Below, in pieces: positions 39,842-53,796 of a stretch of DNA of 64,000 nucleotides (positions are counted from its first letter, which is position 1; each line of letters begins with the position of its first letter). The translations under genes and the position numbers were made by a program. Where the stretch lies: contig OZ024742.1 of NCBI GenBank assembly GCA_964016885.1, forward strand, positions 244,714,001 to 244,778,000. Reading direction: 5' to 3'. This DNA is from Eledone cirrhosa (taxonomy: Eukaryota). The notes beneath the pieces were generated by a model. The model worked only from the letters and a program-made list of their open reading frames with translations, had not been told where the DNA came from and searched no databases.

Positions 39842-39850
<9 letters not shown>
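39694..39850. repeat. fold-back inverted repeat (~60-bp arms) with hammerhead core boxes
   Basis: Arms 39694-39754 and 39791-39850; CTGATGA at 39756; GAAACCTTTGGTA at 39799; lies between (TA)n tracts. Confidence 0.85.
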
Positions 39851-39890
<40 letters not shown>

Positions 39891-39931
39891 AAAAGTAAAC
39901 GGCAAACAACAAAGCAAGCGATGCAGTACAA

Positions 39932-39975
<44 letters not shown>

Positions 39976-40315
39976 TATATATCAGTCTAACGCTTGATAT
40001 AGTAGGACACGTTTTAACGTTTCAGACGGTAGTACTTCATCAGAAGATAGAATGAGAAATAGAAAGTAAAGAAGTAGAAAAACACTTTCTTTTTCTTTCT
40101 TTTATGAGGGGGGGGGGGAGGATAACACGTATGTGATACACAGGTTATTTTTTGAGTATGACACGCAAATAAATATGCAGAAACGTATAAAGATGTTAAT
40201 GGAATACATAATTTGAATTAAAGATTTAATAATTACACATACATTTTCAAGATTATGCGTTTATATTTTTGAAAATAAAATGATTATCATATCATCATAT
40301 AACTGATCTAGCTAA

Positions 40316-40361
<46 letters not shown>

Positions 40362-42559
40362 TTCATTTCTGAAGTCAATATTTGCATTTTAAAAATACAT
40401 ATCAAGTAATCTCAGATTTTTAAAAGACGCTCCTCCCTTGAAAGGTGTTTATGTATACGTGACGAACACACGTACACGATTAACTGTGTTTGATATACAC
40501 ATAAACACATTCACTCACTCATAATAAGTACCCCGCCTATCAGCTGACTTATCATTTATCCTTTGTAGTAGCAGCAACAGTGATTATTTTAAATAATGAA
40601 ATACGTTCGAAATAAGATGTTGTTTATGCTAGTGATTAGCAATTGTCACATACATCAAAGTGAAAAAAAATTTACTTTAGTTGTAATACTTCAAACTGAC
40701 CGTGAATAAATTGGATAAATATAATTTCCTATTTGACTTATAAAAGACATATTTAATAAATTTGCAACATTTATTTGTAGTCACACACTATCATATGCCG
40801 AATAATATGCACCTTGCCATTTATCTCGTCATATTACATCATAGCACAACAGACACACACACACACACACATTTAATATGATCATAGTACATCACTATAT
40901 ATTACATCATTAAGGGCGATGGAGTGGTAGAGTCGTTAGAAACGTCTGACAGAATGTTTTGCAGTATTCGTGTTGGATGTCTGCGCTGAGAGTTCAATTC
41001 CCGCCAAGATCAACTTTGTCTGAAGATAGCAACCAAATCTCCCTCAAATCACACCCCACCCTCATAATAAAACGACGCATTAGATAATGTAGTTCTGGAT
41101 TATTCCACATAGGAAGACGATGGGATGGTCATGGTTAGAATGCCTTCGATAATACGCCTGCTCGATCAGAGTTGATTTAGGGTTAACTAACAATATAATA
41201 TGAATTATAAGAACTAAAATACTAAATTATATATTTACTTGCATTATCCTGCTGATATTTAAACTAAAACAACACACACACACAGACAGACACACGCGCG
41301 GAAAGGTATTCCGTTAAAAACAGATGAACCACAATTAAATTAAGGTATTCATTAGATCAAGCAGAGAGGATACATTAATCTATGGAAAAACGACTCTTAC
41401 AAGTCTTGTTCTGTTTCCTTCAGTGTACGTTAGACGAATTCTTAAAAAATGAAAACGGAACTAGTTATGTAAGAGTCACTTTTTAGTAAATTTTCGTATT
41501 GTGCAATTGAAAGACAATCACGAAACAGTTAAAATAAAACATCGAAGAATCACATTATGAAGAATGTTAGTCATTTAACAATTGGGTAAAATAAATGAGT
41601 GTCTATTATGTTTCGGACGTTTGTCGTTTACCAGAAAGGAAGGGATAGAATAGAGGACGAGAGAGAAGTTTAGAGGTAGAGAGAAGTCAAGAGAAAAAGG
41701 AAAAGGGAAAATTGTGGGTATTCGAGGTTAACTTTGCCTTTCATCCTTACGGGGTCGATAAAATAAAGTACCAGTAATGCACTGGGTAATTGCTGGCCTT
41801 GTGCCTAAAGTAGAAACAATTATTTAGAAAGAGGGAAGAATGAAGTGGTGTCAAGGTGGGTGAAAACATTGTCCTCTAATGTGGATCAGAACGAGTGGGT
41901 AGATGTAAGGGTGTATGTGTGTGTTAGTGTTGATATATATGTAAGTGAATGTGCTTGTTGTGAGGTGCTCTAGTCTTAAGGAGCTTGTAACAGTGGATGT
42001 GTATGGGTGTGTTTATGGTAGGAATGAGACTAGTTGGTGATGAAGCTGTGCTTTATGTGTGTGTCAGGGTAATTGATTTTTTGCATGTAGGTGTATGTAT
42101 TCGAATTGTGTGTGTGTGTGTGGTAAGGGGTTTGTGATTTAAATTGAGTGTTTTACATGAGTGTATGATATAAAAAGATGTAAACCACGTAAGTGTTATT
42201 CTGCAAGTGTGGATTGAAACGTATTTTTTAAGTGTGCTATGTTTATTCAATGTATTGGCAGTGTGTGTTTGATTTGAATTGTTTTTTTTTGTGTGTGTGT
42301 GATAAGTATAGAAAGTAGATAAAGTGTAGTGTATATGCATGTGTGATAGGAATTATGTGTGTTGAAGATAGATAAAGTTGTTATGTGTGCATACAAGTGT
42401 AGTGAGAAAAGAAAAAGTATCGGTTTGATTGATGATTATGTAAGTGAAGTGAAGTTGTGCAATAAAGCTTAGAGTTCTTAAGGAAAATAGTCTGACTTAA
42501 TATATGTAAGGGAAAACAACAGTCAATTGTAGTATACAGAATACAGTGCAGTCAGCAAA

Positions 42560-43670
42560 GTGAGATTTACAATAAATATAGTGAGGGATCTAGTGTGTAG
42601 GTAGGGGTCCACCAGGGCTCTGCCCTCAGCATTTCCCTGTTTTTTTATAGTTCTTCAGGCCATAGCAGAGGAGTTTAAAAATGGTTGCCTATGGGAACGC
42701 CTATATGCTGATTATCTATTCATCATAGCTGAATCTACTTAGAGACATGGAATCGGTCCCTGATTTCATCAGGGAAGTAGCTTTACTCAGTATGCAGGTT
42801 AGGAATTGGTAGAAATTCCATTCTATGCCCAAAATGTAACAGGATTGCAAAGCATGTAGATGCACTGAAGCAGTAAGGGGTAAAGGTTCATATTCAACAA
42901 GCTTTATCAAATAGATGTCTCCCTAGAAGTAGTTGATAGCTTCTGTTACCTGGGTGACCAAATAAGCAGTAGAAGTCAGTGTTCTAAAAGTATGGTAGCC
43001 AAAATAAGAACCAAATGGAAAAAGTTCAGGGAACTACTACCATTACTGTCTACAAAGGGTTTCTCCCTCAAAGTGAAAGGCAGATTGTATACTGCTTGTG
43101 TGTGACTGGTAATGGTGCATGGAAGTGAGACTTGGACTTTGTGTGCAGAGGATGTACAAAAATTGGAAAGAAATGAGGTATACATGCATTGATGGATGTG
43201 TAATAATACATGAAGCATCTATGAAGTGAGAAGGACCTGGGCATAAGAGGGATCATATGCAATTTTCAGGAGAGGAGACTGCAATGGTATGAACATGTGA
43301 TGTGCATGGAGTATGGTAACTGCATTAAGAAGTGCATGATGCTTAAAGTTGATGGAATCTATGGAAGTGGCAGACCTAGGATAAGTTGAGATGATCTGGT
43401 GATGGCTGACGTTACACAGTTAAACCTCATGAAGATGACATAGGATTAAATTGACTTGCTATATGCCATTCTACATATGACCCCCCCCCCCCCCCCCCCC
43501 CTCACCCACCCAATCCACTCTGTAAGGTTGTAGTGTTGGTGCAATGATAAAATGTTTGGTTGGGGTTTGGAAAATAGATATCAAGCCGTAGAAACCATTC
43601 CAAAATGAAATATATGAGCTAGACATGGTCACCCGAGAACATGGAAAATAGACGTTTAACAGTGATGGTG
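42560..43670 (+). mobile_element. degenerate RTE/RTEX-like LINE fragment
   Basis: Recognisable GVHQGS, GCLWERLYADY, HGSETW, LQWYEHV remnants. Confidence 0.75.
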
Positions 43671-44066
43671 GTGATGTGCTCCCTACTAACACTGACAACC
43701 CCAATTCACCTTCTCAAACCAACTCTTACAACTCTTAGCTGCATGGAAAGGCAGGCATACCCCACAATATACTACCAGACACAACTCCCTCTCGTCAAGG
43801 CCACTTCTATGACACTTGCTCTTCCAATGTGGGTTGACCCTCACCCCATGGCAAGCAACATATAGCCAACCCCCCCTTACACACATCATTGCCTACCTTG
43901 CTGGGCCAAACATGACTAACACTAGTCATGTTAGTGTTGTGCACAGTAGTGGGGTAGTCAACCTAACCATGTACAAGAACCTCTCAATCATCATCAAGCA
44001 TTAGCACAACTACTTTCCCCTTCAAGTATAGCAAGCTATTACCAAAGGTAATACATGACCTCTTTA

Positions 44067-44369
44067 CAGAGTGGGCTGGGTACTTTTTGTTGTGACACCT
44101 ACACGACCACATTTACAGTGTGGGCTGGGTGCATTTTGTTGTGACACCTATATGACCACTTTACAGTGTGGACTGGGTGCTTTTTGTCATGACAACTATA
44201 TGACCACTTTACAGTGTGGATTGGGTGCTTTTTGTCGTGACACCTACATGACCACTTTACTGTGTGGACTGGGTGCATTTTGTCGTGACACCTACACGAC
44301 CACTTTACAGTGAGGACTGGGTGCATTTTGTCGTGACACCTACATGATCACTTTACAGTGTGGACTGGA
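44067..44369. repeat. 48-bp minisatellite, about 6 units
   Basis: Unit ACAGTGTGGACTGGGTGCTTTTTGTCGTGACACCTACAYGACCACTTT; gives the 16-aa periodicity of ORF 44071-44313. Confidence 0.92.
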
Positions 44370-46934
44370 ATATGTGTGTGAGCTTCATGGTTCAGTACAA
44401 AAGCAGTTGTCTGTTACTGCCTAGTTCAGGGAACTCTACTTTCTTAGAATACCTATTTACATTTGGGTACCCTGGACTATTGAGAATTGTTTTTGTCAAG
44501 GACATAATGTAATGTTACTGAAAAAATACAAAGCTACAAAAACTACTCTCCTTTTAGCTGGTTTTATTTAACCAATTAGAACACTTGCTTACAATTTAAA
44601 GTTAATAAATTACACACTCACAGACATGACTGAAACCAACCAATCATAGAGCTATGTTCCTATCACTGTTGGTCCATCACTGGAGAAATGCACCAGATGT
44701 TTATATTTATTCTGGAATACATTATCACCAAATTAGCAATTTACTTTCTGATAAAGCTGACCTATTAATAGAAGCTGGAAGTATCTTCTGCAGTTATTTA
44801 TGTTTTTAATTTTTCTCATTGGAGTACATTTGTTTTTTGTTACATGGAATCAAATCTAGTAATTAACACATACCTAACAGTATTGTCTACGTTGATTGTT
44901 AGTTTAAAACAGCGTTGACACATTTTCATGATTAACCTATATTTGTCTTATATATCTCACCTCCAAGACAAATCAATATTATTGATCTTAGATTTTTATA
45001 TTGTAGGTTTTTTTAAATATATAACTTTACTCTTTTTCTTTTATTAATTTGTATAAAAATGTTTGTTCTTTTCAAACAGTAAATTCTGCAGTAGCAGCAG
45101 AATTTTAAAAGAATTAATAATATTATCATGGACATTAATCATAATTAATAAGCTATACCTACAAAATATTTTAATAACAGTAACAACTAAATTAGTGAAA
45201 CTTATCTTATAAAAAATTAAATCTGCACCATTATTTGATGACAACAATGATGATGATAGCATGGTTGTTTAGCCTCTGGTCAGCTCTGATTAAGCATCTC
45301 AGCCATAACCATCTCATTTTATCTTCAGACAATGTATCCTGAAATATTTTATCCAATATTTCCTTAATTTTTTAAGATTGTTGGATATGATTTGAGGGGA
45401 ATTTAGTTGTTATTTCTTGCAGATCAAATGACCATGTACAGGATCCCTTCATAATAATACTATTGGTCTCTGCAGTGATAAGGAAAGAAAACTGTCTATT
45501 TTTTTCTGTTTTTGCGTAACCCTTTTGATACAGGCCCACCTGAAATTGTCCCTGGTTCCATGATACAAAATTGTTTGTTTTAAATCATTCCATCATAATT
45601 TTATGTAAGAACCTTTGTTATATTCAAGACACCAATTTAATAAGAAAGTTTTACTAAATGGCAATGATAGTATTGATTTGGGTGAACAACAGAGAATCAT
45701 TTAGTAATTTTAGATCAGTTTTAAATTAAAAAAACTTAGTAGTAGTTACAAGTTAACTTCTTGTTAAATATTTGATTAATGTTATTTGAAATTCTGTATA
45801 GCACTATTTTGATATTCATTGAAAGTATTTGTGTCAGTGAGGTTTGAGAAGAAATAGTTTAAGAAACCCAACTTCTAGTTACATCAACTGAAAAGCCAGT
45901 TGTGCTGATTTCACAGATGATGGTGAGGAAAACAATTAAAGACTTAAACTACTGGAGATCCATAGAGAAGCAGAAATGCTGAAAGTATCAAGATTCAAAG
46001 AAGTATCCATGGTTATTCTTCTAGTTAATCAGTTTATGGTGAAAGTGTTAATTTTAAAGTGCTCATAAGCTGTTATCAAGGCAAAGATTATGCTTAAGAG
46101 AAGGAAGATTATAGAAGACCTGCACTAATGGATTAATTGAAAATAGTACAATGAGTTACAAGACCATTATAAAATAAAATAAAATAAATGATAGAATGCA
46201 CTTTTAGTTTATGTTGTAATGTAAAATCACAAATTAAGACACCTGCAGGTGTACTGAATGCAGAATTCTACTTTTCCTTTATATTTTTACTTGAAAGCTT
46301 TTCATGAATTCAGGCATTTTACAAATCCATATTTTTCACACAAAGTCATGGAAATTCATGATGGCTTTTAAGAAATTCATGAGAAGTTAATAGTTTTAAT
46401 GTTTTACTTCTATGGTATGGTTTATTTGTTGGGGCAGTTATTTTTGTAGCTGGAAGCCTGGCCTATTGCTAACCACTCAAAGGTAGTAGTGAAACCTGCT
46501 TCATCATCCAAGCAAAACAGATCAAACACAGGAATATAATGCAACTATAATAGTTGTTTCTACTTTAGGCACAAGGCCAGCAATTACCCAGTGCATTACT
46601 GGTACTTTATTTTATCGACCCCGTAAGGATGAAAGACAAAGTCAACCTCGGCGAGATTTGAACTCAGATCGTAAAGGGACGTAACTATGCTGGAAAGCAT
46701 GCAACTATAATAGTGAGATCTAAGCTGTCTATATAAGCAGATGATAAAAAAGGTGAAATGGAGATGAATGTCTTGAGTGTGTAATTCTGGCCTGATTTGA
46801 AGAAATTAAAAGTATTTTCAGAACATTGCATTAAACTCAGTGAGAGATGGTCGTAATAAAGCTAATGATCAAAGACTCTGTTCTTTTCCCTTTCTACTTT
46901 AAATCATTATGAAAGAGTTTAAGATATAGTTTTA

Positions 46935-47140
46935 TAAAGAAGTGCAGGTCACTTAATGTGGTTGGAAGCTGTGGAATGGGCAAACCCAAGAAGACACGAG
47001 ATGAAGTGATGAAGAATTATTGCAGGATGCTAAGCCTCTCCAAGGAGAAGAGAAAGTACCATGAAATTGGCAACACACAGTGATGGAAAAGACCTAACCC
47101 CTGTACAAGCATGGTGAAACATGTTAAAATGGTGTTGATA
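46935..47140 (+). mobile_element. RTE-type LINE extreme 3' fragment
   Basis: GSCGMGKPKKTRDEV remnant and 3' end CTAACCCCTGTACAAGCATGG..ATGTTAAAATG. Confidence 0.55.
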
Positions 47141-47791
47141 ATGAGGACTGGGAGGTATCTCTACTTGGGTTTCATTACTACTTTATCTCTGAGGCTCTAT
47201 CTGCCCCCACATTCTCAATATTATCTATCTATTAGTCTGCTCTTCTATATACTATACTGTACTCCCAGAGTTGGTATTGGATTTGTGCAACACTCATCTC
47301 TGGTGCTCACTTATTCACTTTATTACTTCTTTCTTCGATCATGATGAGAGACTTCACTAAATTTGTTTATTTCCGACACACCATCATTACTTTCTATGTA
47401 TCTCCTTGTCAAAGCCACTTATTAACATCCATCACTTTCTCTTATCACCCATCTCTATTTCTATAATTGCTCTCTCTCTGTATCATGTACTAATAAATAT
47501 ATAATTACCATTACTATTACTTCCATTTCTCCTTCTAGTATTATGTCTCTTCCATTACCTTTTCCTACATTGTTTCTCTCATTATAATCTCATGCCCTTC
47601 TTTCATTACCCCTTACTATTAATCTCTTAAAACTCCCATGTCTCCTTGCTTCAATACTTTCTCTCTCTTTTCTTATCCATACTTTTCCTCATTCTGATTC
47701 TTCTGTCACGCCCTTATCTTCTTTTCATTCTAATTATTTTGAAGGAACAAAGACAATGTTAAGTTGTGAATACTCTTTAGGCTTGTAAGAA

Positions 47792-48007
47792 TTAACTCCT
47801 TTGCATTTAAACCAGCTGTGTTTGGCTAGAATTCTCTCACCTCTTACTGTTCAAACTGGATGTAACCAGCTGCTCATACTTATGTTAAGGTATTGTTCTC
47901 AAAATAAATAATATCAAAATCTCATAGATTCAATATTATGCGAGATAAAGTGTTTACCATGAAAATACAATAGTATATATAGAGTAATGTAAATGCTAAA
48001 GGGTTAA
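47792..48007 (-). mobile_element. piggyBac-type MITE copy (reverse)
   Basis: Reverse complement of the 7063-7291 sequence, TTAA flanks. Confidence 0.85.
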
Positions 48008-48326
48008 GACAACCTCACTAGTGCCACAATAAAATGTACCCAATACATGTACATAGACTGAGTAGCAAAGCTTTGCAATCACTGATGCTGTTATAGATGC
48101 AGAACATATTTGTGATAAACTCTTATGAACACCACGATATGGATATAGATGAGATGTTACCCTGCTAACCGTCCAAATGTTATATGGGATCAAGATCGGT
48201 GGTGAGATCCAGTTGAACAAATTTGAGCTAGCTCAACCAAATGATGATAAACAATTTTAATTTCTTTAAATAATGATTCCAAACTTTTCTGGAAAAAACC
48301 CATTCTCTGCAGCAAGAAAAAAAATA

Positions 48327-48509
48327 TAATCCTCTAGCACTTAAACCGGCTGTCTCCAGCCAGAATTCTCTCACATCTTTCTTTTCAAACTGGTTGTAAC
48401 TGATCACTCATACTGATGTTAAGGTATTGTGCTCAAAATAAATATCAAAATCTCATAGATTCGATATTATATGAGGTAAAACCTTTACTGAGAAAGTACA
48501 ATAGGGTTA
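48327..48509 (-). mobile_element. piggyBac-type MITE copy (reverse, partly deleted)
   Basis: CAGAATTCTCTCAC...CATACTGATGTTAAGGTATTG shared with the family. Confidence 0.75.
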
Positions 48510-50914
48510 CACAATATATTCAATCCTGAGCAGTTACTCACACTTTACAAGGAGAAATTATTGTGGAATGAGGCTTTAATATTCACTTCTGATTTCAGGT
48601 CTATCTTTTAGTAATACAATCTGTAGTGTTTACAATGTCTTTGGTTCGTTGAAAAAAACAGTAAAACTGCCTTCGTTTAGACATGAACACACCTTTCTTT
48701 TGCATTAACAAATGGTAAAAAATAGATGATAATATAACCAAATTTATATGAACGTATTCCTAGAATACACTTTTATGTGTATTAATTCTGATTCATTATT
48801 ATTGATAATAATTTCTAATTGATTCAATGAGAGATATCTTAATTAAGCATTAATGGCTGATATAAGAATAATTAAAACCCATGGTAGCATGGAAGATAGA
48901 TGTTAAACGATGATGATGATGAAAGTAAAAGTATCTTAGATATGCCTAGATATGCTTACAGCTCTTAGACTTTTTAACAAATAAAATTGAATTATTGGCA
49001 TTAGCTGTTTCTGTGGTGTGTTAGACTTTAGGGAATTTAAACTCTTTTCAGGTAAACAATTATTTCTGTTACAAATAAAAAGAGGAAATCTCTCTTGGTG
49101 TAAAGGATAAAATCAAGCTTACTCTCTCTCCTGCCATCACATGCTGCAAAGGCAATGAAAAGTTTTTATATTGTTGACTCTAACATAGATAATTTTCAAT
49201 GTCAACAAGGTGGTAGCAGTAGCAGCTGCAGTTTTCATTAACATAGATAATTTTCAATGTCAGTATGGTGGTTGTAGTGGCAGTAGCAGCTGCAGTTTTC
49301 ATTAAAGAATTTCTTGACTTTTAGCCTTATTGGCATGTATTAGGATTCACATTCTAAGATTCAAGGAAAAATCTACAAAAATGTTGTTGTTGTTACTAGA
49401 GGCATATCAGGAAAATCCATTCTGCTTTATTTGTAAGAATCTGCAAGAGATCCTGAATCTATTAATAAATTGCATTGACCAATTAGATTTGAGACTTATA
49501 TATTTAAAGATTTGCAAGATTAGCTGCACAGTTGACAGTTAAATTAACGATTACATGGCAACTATGATACAGGGTATGCAAAATCTTTAAGATGTCCTTC
49601 ATCTGAAAAAACAATGGAGTCTTCGGAAACTTTCTTTTCATTAGCATCAAAGATGACTTTTAATTTCAACAAACTATGGTAAATTTTGATTTTAAACAAA
49701 AGTCTCAAGGTACCAAAGGATTACTACTTACTTCTAATCCTATCCTTTCTTTCACTATAAATCACACTTTGTAAGGTAAAGATTGACAGCAAAGAGCACT
49801 AAAGAAAGCAGACTGAAAAATGTAAAAAGGTATGTGTCAGATAACTCTTCTTTATCAGATGATGTTGTCTCAATATTTTGCCCATTTTCACTAACTTTAA
49901 AAATTCTACGTAAATGAGATACTAAAATATTTCTTTTTTTTTTTTTTGAGGTAAATATAATACTGATTTCACTTTCAATGTGAAATTCGTATTTTCTATA
50001 GTTTTGATATGAATGAAATTAGTCAGAAATGAGTAAAAAATCATTACGTAATGGTGCTGTGAAAGAAAAACTATATTTTAAATGACACTTGGAACATTCA
50101 AAATATTAAAAATTCATAAATATATTCTCCACTCATGAGGATCTCAAAACCACACTATATAAACATAATATGTTGATTAGCTGCCTCAGTTTATAAATGG
50201 GGTTTGAATTTTTGCCTATTTCTCAAACAAAGTAGGGAGTCAGCTTATATTTGAGTATATATGGTAAATTTTGTGCAAGACTGAAATAAGTTTCAATACA
50301 CTATTTCAGTATATTATCCATTTTGTAAATGTATAAATCATATCAGTAAGAAAAGTAGAAATGTGATAAGATGTGAAAACTGTATTATAGGCTGAGAATT
50401 GTTGGAGCTGACTAATCCTTTCAATCAACTGGGGTATAATTGACTTGTTCCATCTTGGTGTAATGGAGCTAAATAATTGATCAATGGTTTGGTATAGATT
50501 TCTTCAGGCATGTGGCTTAGGTTGTTTAGTTCATGATTGTAAGGTCATGAGTTCGATTTCTGTCCGCATCAAGCACCACGTTTGTGTCCTTGAGTAAAAT
50601 TATTTATTTTCACATTGAGGACTTATCATCCCTTTCTACTGTATTAACAATATCAAAAGCTCTAGTAACAGAACAAAATAATCTGATGCTGGGGCCACCT
50701 CACGTTTCTTCCCACCAGGATGAGACAGAGTCTTTCTATCTTCAGGCATAAGGATATATGATGGCATAGTTAGTGATATAAGAGTATCAAATCTTGTATG
50801 TCAATTCAAAATATTAAAGTGCTTATGCTGATATACAAATCTTTTCAAGGTGAATTATTGAACTGAAATAATCACAACACCAGCTTTACCATAACACTAG
50901 CCAGTGGGTGAGCC

Positions 50915-51126
50915 TTAACTCTTTAGCATTTAAACTGGCTGTAATCGGCCAGAATTCTCTCGCCTCTTTCTGTCAAACCGACCATAACTGGCTGCTCATA
51001 CTTATGTCAAGGGATTGTCTCAGAATAAATAATATCAAAATCTTGTAGTCAATATTATGTGAGATAAAGTGTTTACTGTGAAAATACAATAGTAAATATA
51101 GAGTGATGTAAATGCTAAAGGTTTAA
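50915..51126 (-). mobile_element. piggyBac-type MITE copy (reverse)
   Basis: TTAA-CTCTTTAGCATTTA...TAAATGCTAAAGGT-TTAA. Confidence 0.85.
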
Positions 51127-52539
51127 TACAATAATTCAATCTGCTTGAAATATCAGTCAAATCTCCTTTCAGTAACACCTTGCTATCATAAAAAATTTCA
51201 TTGGACAAAAAAGTCATTGCTGGAATGCCATCTTGATCAGGGCTGTTCTGAGGTTCATCAACAATATTCAGGAATTAGTAAATTACTATGATTATAAGTG
51301 AAAAAAAATTTGATTTGCGTTTTGCATAAATATCCCAAAACAAATTTATTAATAGCTGTTTATGGAACAGTTTACTGATGAAGTTTAGAAAACTGTCAGC
51401 ACTATTTATCCATTGAAAATTAAATTGTTTTATTATGCTCTGAGCAATCATATAGCAATTATAGCAAATAAAAAATAGTTCCACATGTTCATTGGTTATT
51501 ATGGCAAGAATCACATTTCTCTACATGTATATAATTTAGATTCCCTTGATGGAGTGTATGGAAAAGAGATCCATGTTTCTTTGAAATTCTTTCCTTTGTA
51601 ATTTTACACTGGATATTTCTGTAGCCCATAAGTAATGGTTGAATCCATTGAATAGAAGCCCTAGAATTTGAAATAGCAATTTCGTAGTTATTAACTGAAT
51701 AAAATATTAGAAAAACTAAATGTTCAATGTAGATTTTACAACAAAAAGAGATAATGAAACACAATCTTTGAAGAGAAAACATCAAAGAAAATTGTTCAAA
51801 ATATTTATTACTATATAGAACCATACAATGGACAGAGACAATTAGAGGGTGATAGAAACCTTGCCAGAATGGGAAAATGGATATAAAACCAATGATGGTG
51901 ATGATATAAAAACAATACCTCAATCTTCTTTGAAATAGTAACTTTAATGCTCACAAATGAAAGGGGGCTTATCTGATATAAAATACATATGATGATGATA
52001 ATATACTCATATCTCTTGTCATCCATAAACTATCTAAAATAAATTGATCAATTTAAGTAGAGAAATGTTAACAAATGAAGCATGGAAGTTGTAGTTAAAA
52101 AGAATTAAGGAGAGAAGATTTTTTAGTGAAATTTGGTGGTATTATTTAGAAGAAATTTAAATTTTAAAGTATTAGCTAATTGTATTTTGTGGTTGATTGT
52201 ATTTTTTGTTTTATGTTAAAAAGATGATTCTTTTTCATTTCTTTTTTATCACACTACATAAGTTGTTCATAGTCAATTCAAACTGTTTTCTGCTACATAT
52301 TCTGTTTTGATTTAGGGATAGTGATTATTCTTCCTTGGTTACTTGAAGTAAAAGCATCACTCACCTTTCTACAATTTAGATTATATTTACTTAAAGTCAG
52401 TATTCTTTACATGGCAAGAATTTAAAAAAAAAAAAAATTATGTGATACATATATTGTAAATTTCTTGTGAGAAGTATAAGACATATTTTGAGATGGTCGC
52501 TAGATTTCAGTTTGGGGAAGTTTGAACAAACCTTGAAGA

Positions 52540-52720
52540 GTTCTTCGTCTTTATCGTGTTATTGGTAGGGTCATGGTGGCAGAGTCCTCAAGCACACCTT
52601 CTAGCAGGTCCTGTCAGAAGCAACTGTCTCTAATTGATCTGGCTGGATCCCCAAGCAAGACCAGCCAAGCTCATGGATGTTATCCAACCATCTTGCTTGG
52701 GATCTACTCTTGAGTCTCCC
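52540..52720 (-). mobile_element. RTE LINE 3' fragment (6190-6635 family)
   Basis: GATCTGGCTGGATCC...CCAGCCAAGCTCATGGATGTTAT matches 29470-29530. Confidence 0.75.
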
Positions 52721-53459
52721 CCAATTTAGATTAATAAAATATTTGGTCACAGAGTGGTAAATTAGAAATTTGCAATTTGGTCACAGAGGGATAAATTAGA
52801 AATTCGCAATTTCACTCACATGTTCAGCAGAAGAAAAAATATTAAATATTTATGATACTACAGTGTAATACTGATGGGATTAATGTGGAAAAAGAAGTAC
52901 AGAGCATAGCTTAGAAGAAAGAAAATATTGGATAAGAGAGAGGGGAGAACATGTGGAGCAGTAGTAGTATTGTAGGTGAAACATTTGAAAAGAAATAATT
53001 AGAAATTGACTGCAGTTGCTCATATAAAAACCAAGTAACTGCAGCAGACAAGGTGAGGGTAGTGGTGGTGGTGGGGGATCTAGTGAATAATGAACTATTA
53101 TGAGATTACTGATCTAAGAAAGTGTACAATATTGACAAGTGGCCTTTTGTTACCATAGTAAAGAATAAAGAGAGAGAGAGAGAGGGTGTGTGTGTGTGTG
53201 TGAGAAAACAGCACTTTCTACCTACTATATCTATAGATCTCAACCACAGAAAGCAATCTTTGTATTAGAGTTATCTAAATAATAGTATTCATTGATGGTT
53301 TAACCTAGTCTACATTTGCCCTGGGTTAAATATTTTCAGCTTTACAAAATAATAAAAATAAGATGAATGTATGATCCGAGTTGTATGCAATGGGTGAACT
53401 ACAAGTGATTTTGTTTTGTTATTTAATTTTTATATTTTCATTATCTTATATATCATCAT

Positions 53460-53745
53460 CATTTCATCATCATCATCATTTTACGTCTGCTTTTTCCCTG
53501 CTTGCAAGGGTGGGACGGGAACTGATTCTGGCTTGATTTCTACAGCTGGATGCCCTTCCTAACACCAACCTCATTTACAGTGAGTGCTGGGTGCTTTTTT
53601 GCCGAGGCACCTCCACGACCACTTTGCAGTGGAATGATATGGACCCCTGTCCTATCATCTCATTTCTACAGCTGAGTAAACTGGAGCAATGTGAAATAAA
53701 GTGTCTTGCTCAAGGAAACAACACATCACCTGCTCTGAGAATTGA
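53460..53745 (-). mobile_element. SINE, same family as 8671-8970
   Basis: Near-identical to 8680-8955. Confidence 0.85.
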
Positions 53746-53796
53746 TGTGTATATATATATATAACAGATTTGCTCTGCAGGTTTTTATATATATAT

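Noticed and set aside
41385-41484. Degenerate ~35-bp inverted repeat
   Set aside because: Too diverged to interpret; likely an old MITE remnant
44067-44369. CRISPR-like regular repeats / 16-aa repeat protein
   Set aside because: Head-to-tail tandem units with no unique spacers, eukaryotic context, no cas genes; the ORF is a by-product of the 48-bp period
49181-49303. ~58-bp tandem duplication (similar small ones near 5950 and 52745)
   Set aside because: Ordinary slippage-type duplications with no further structure
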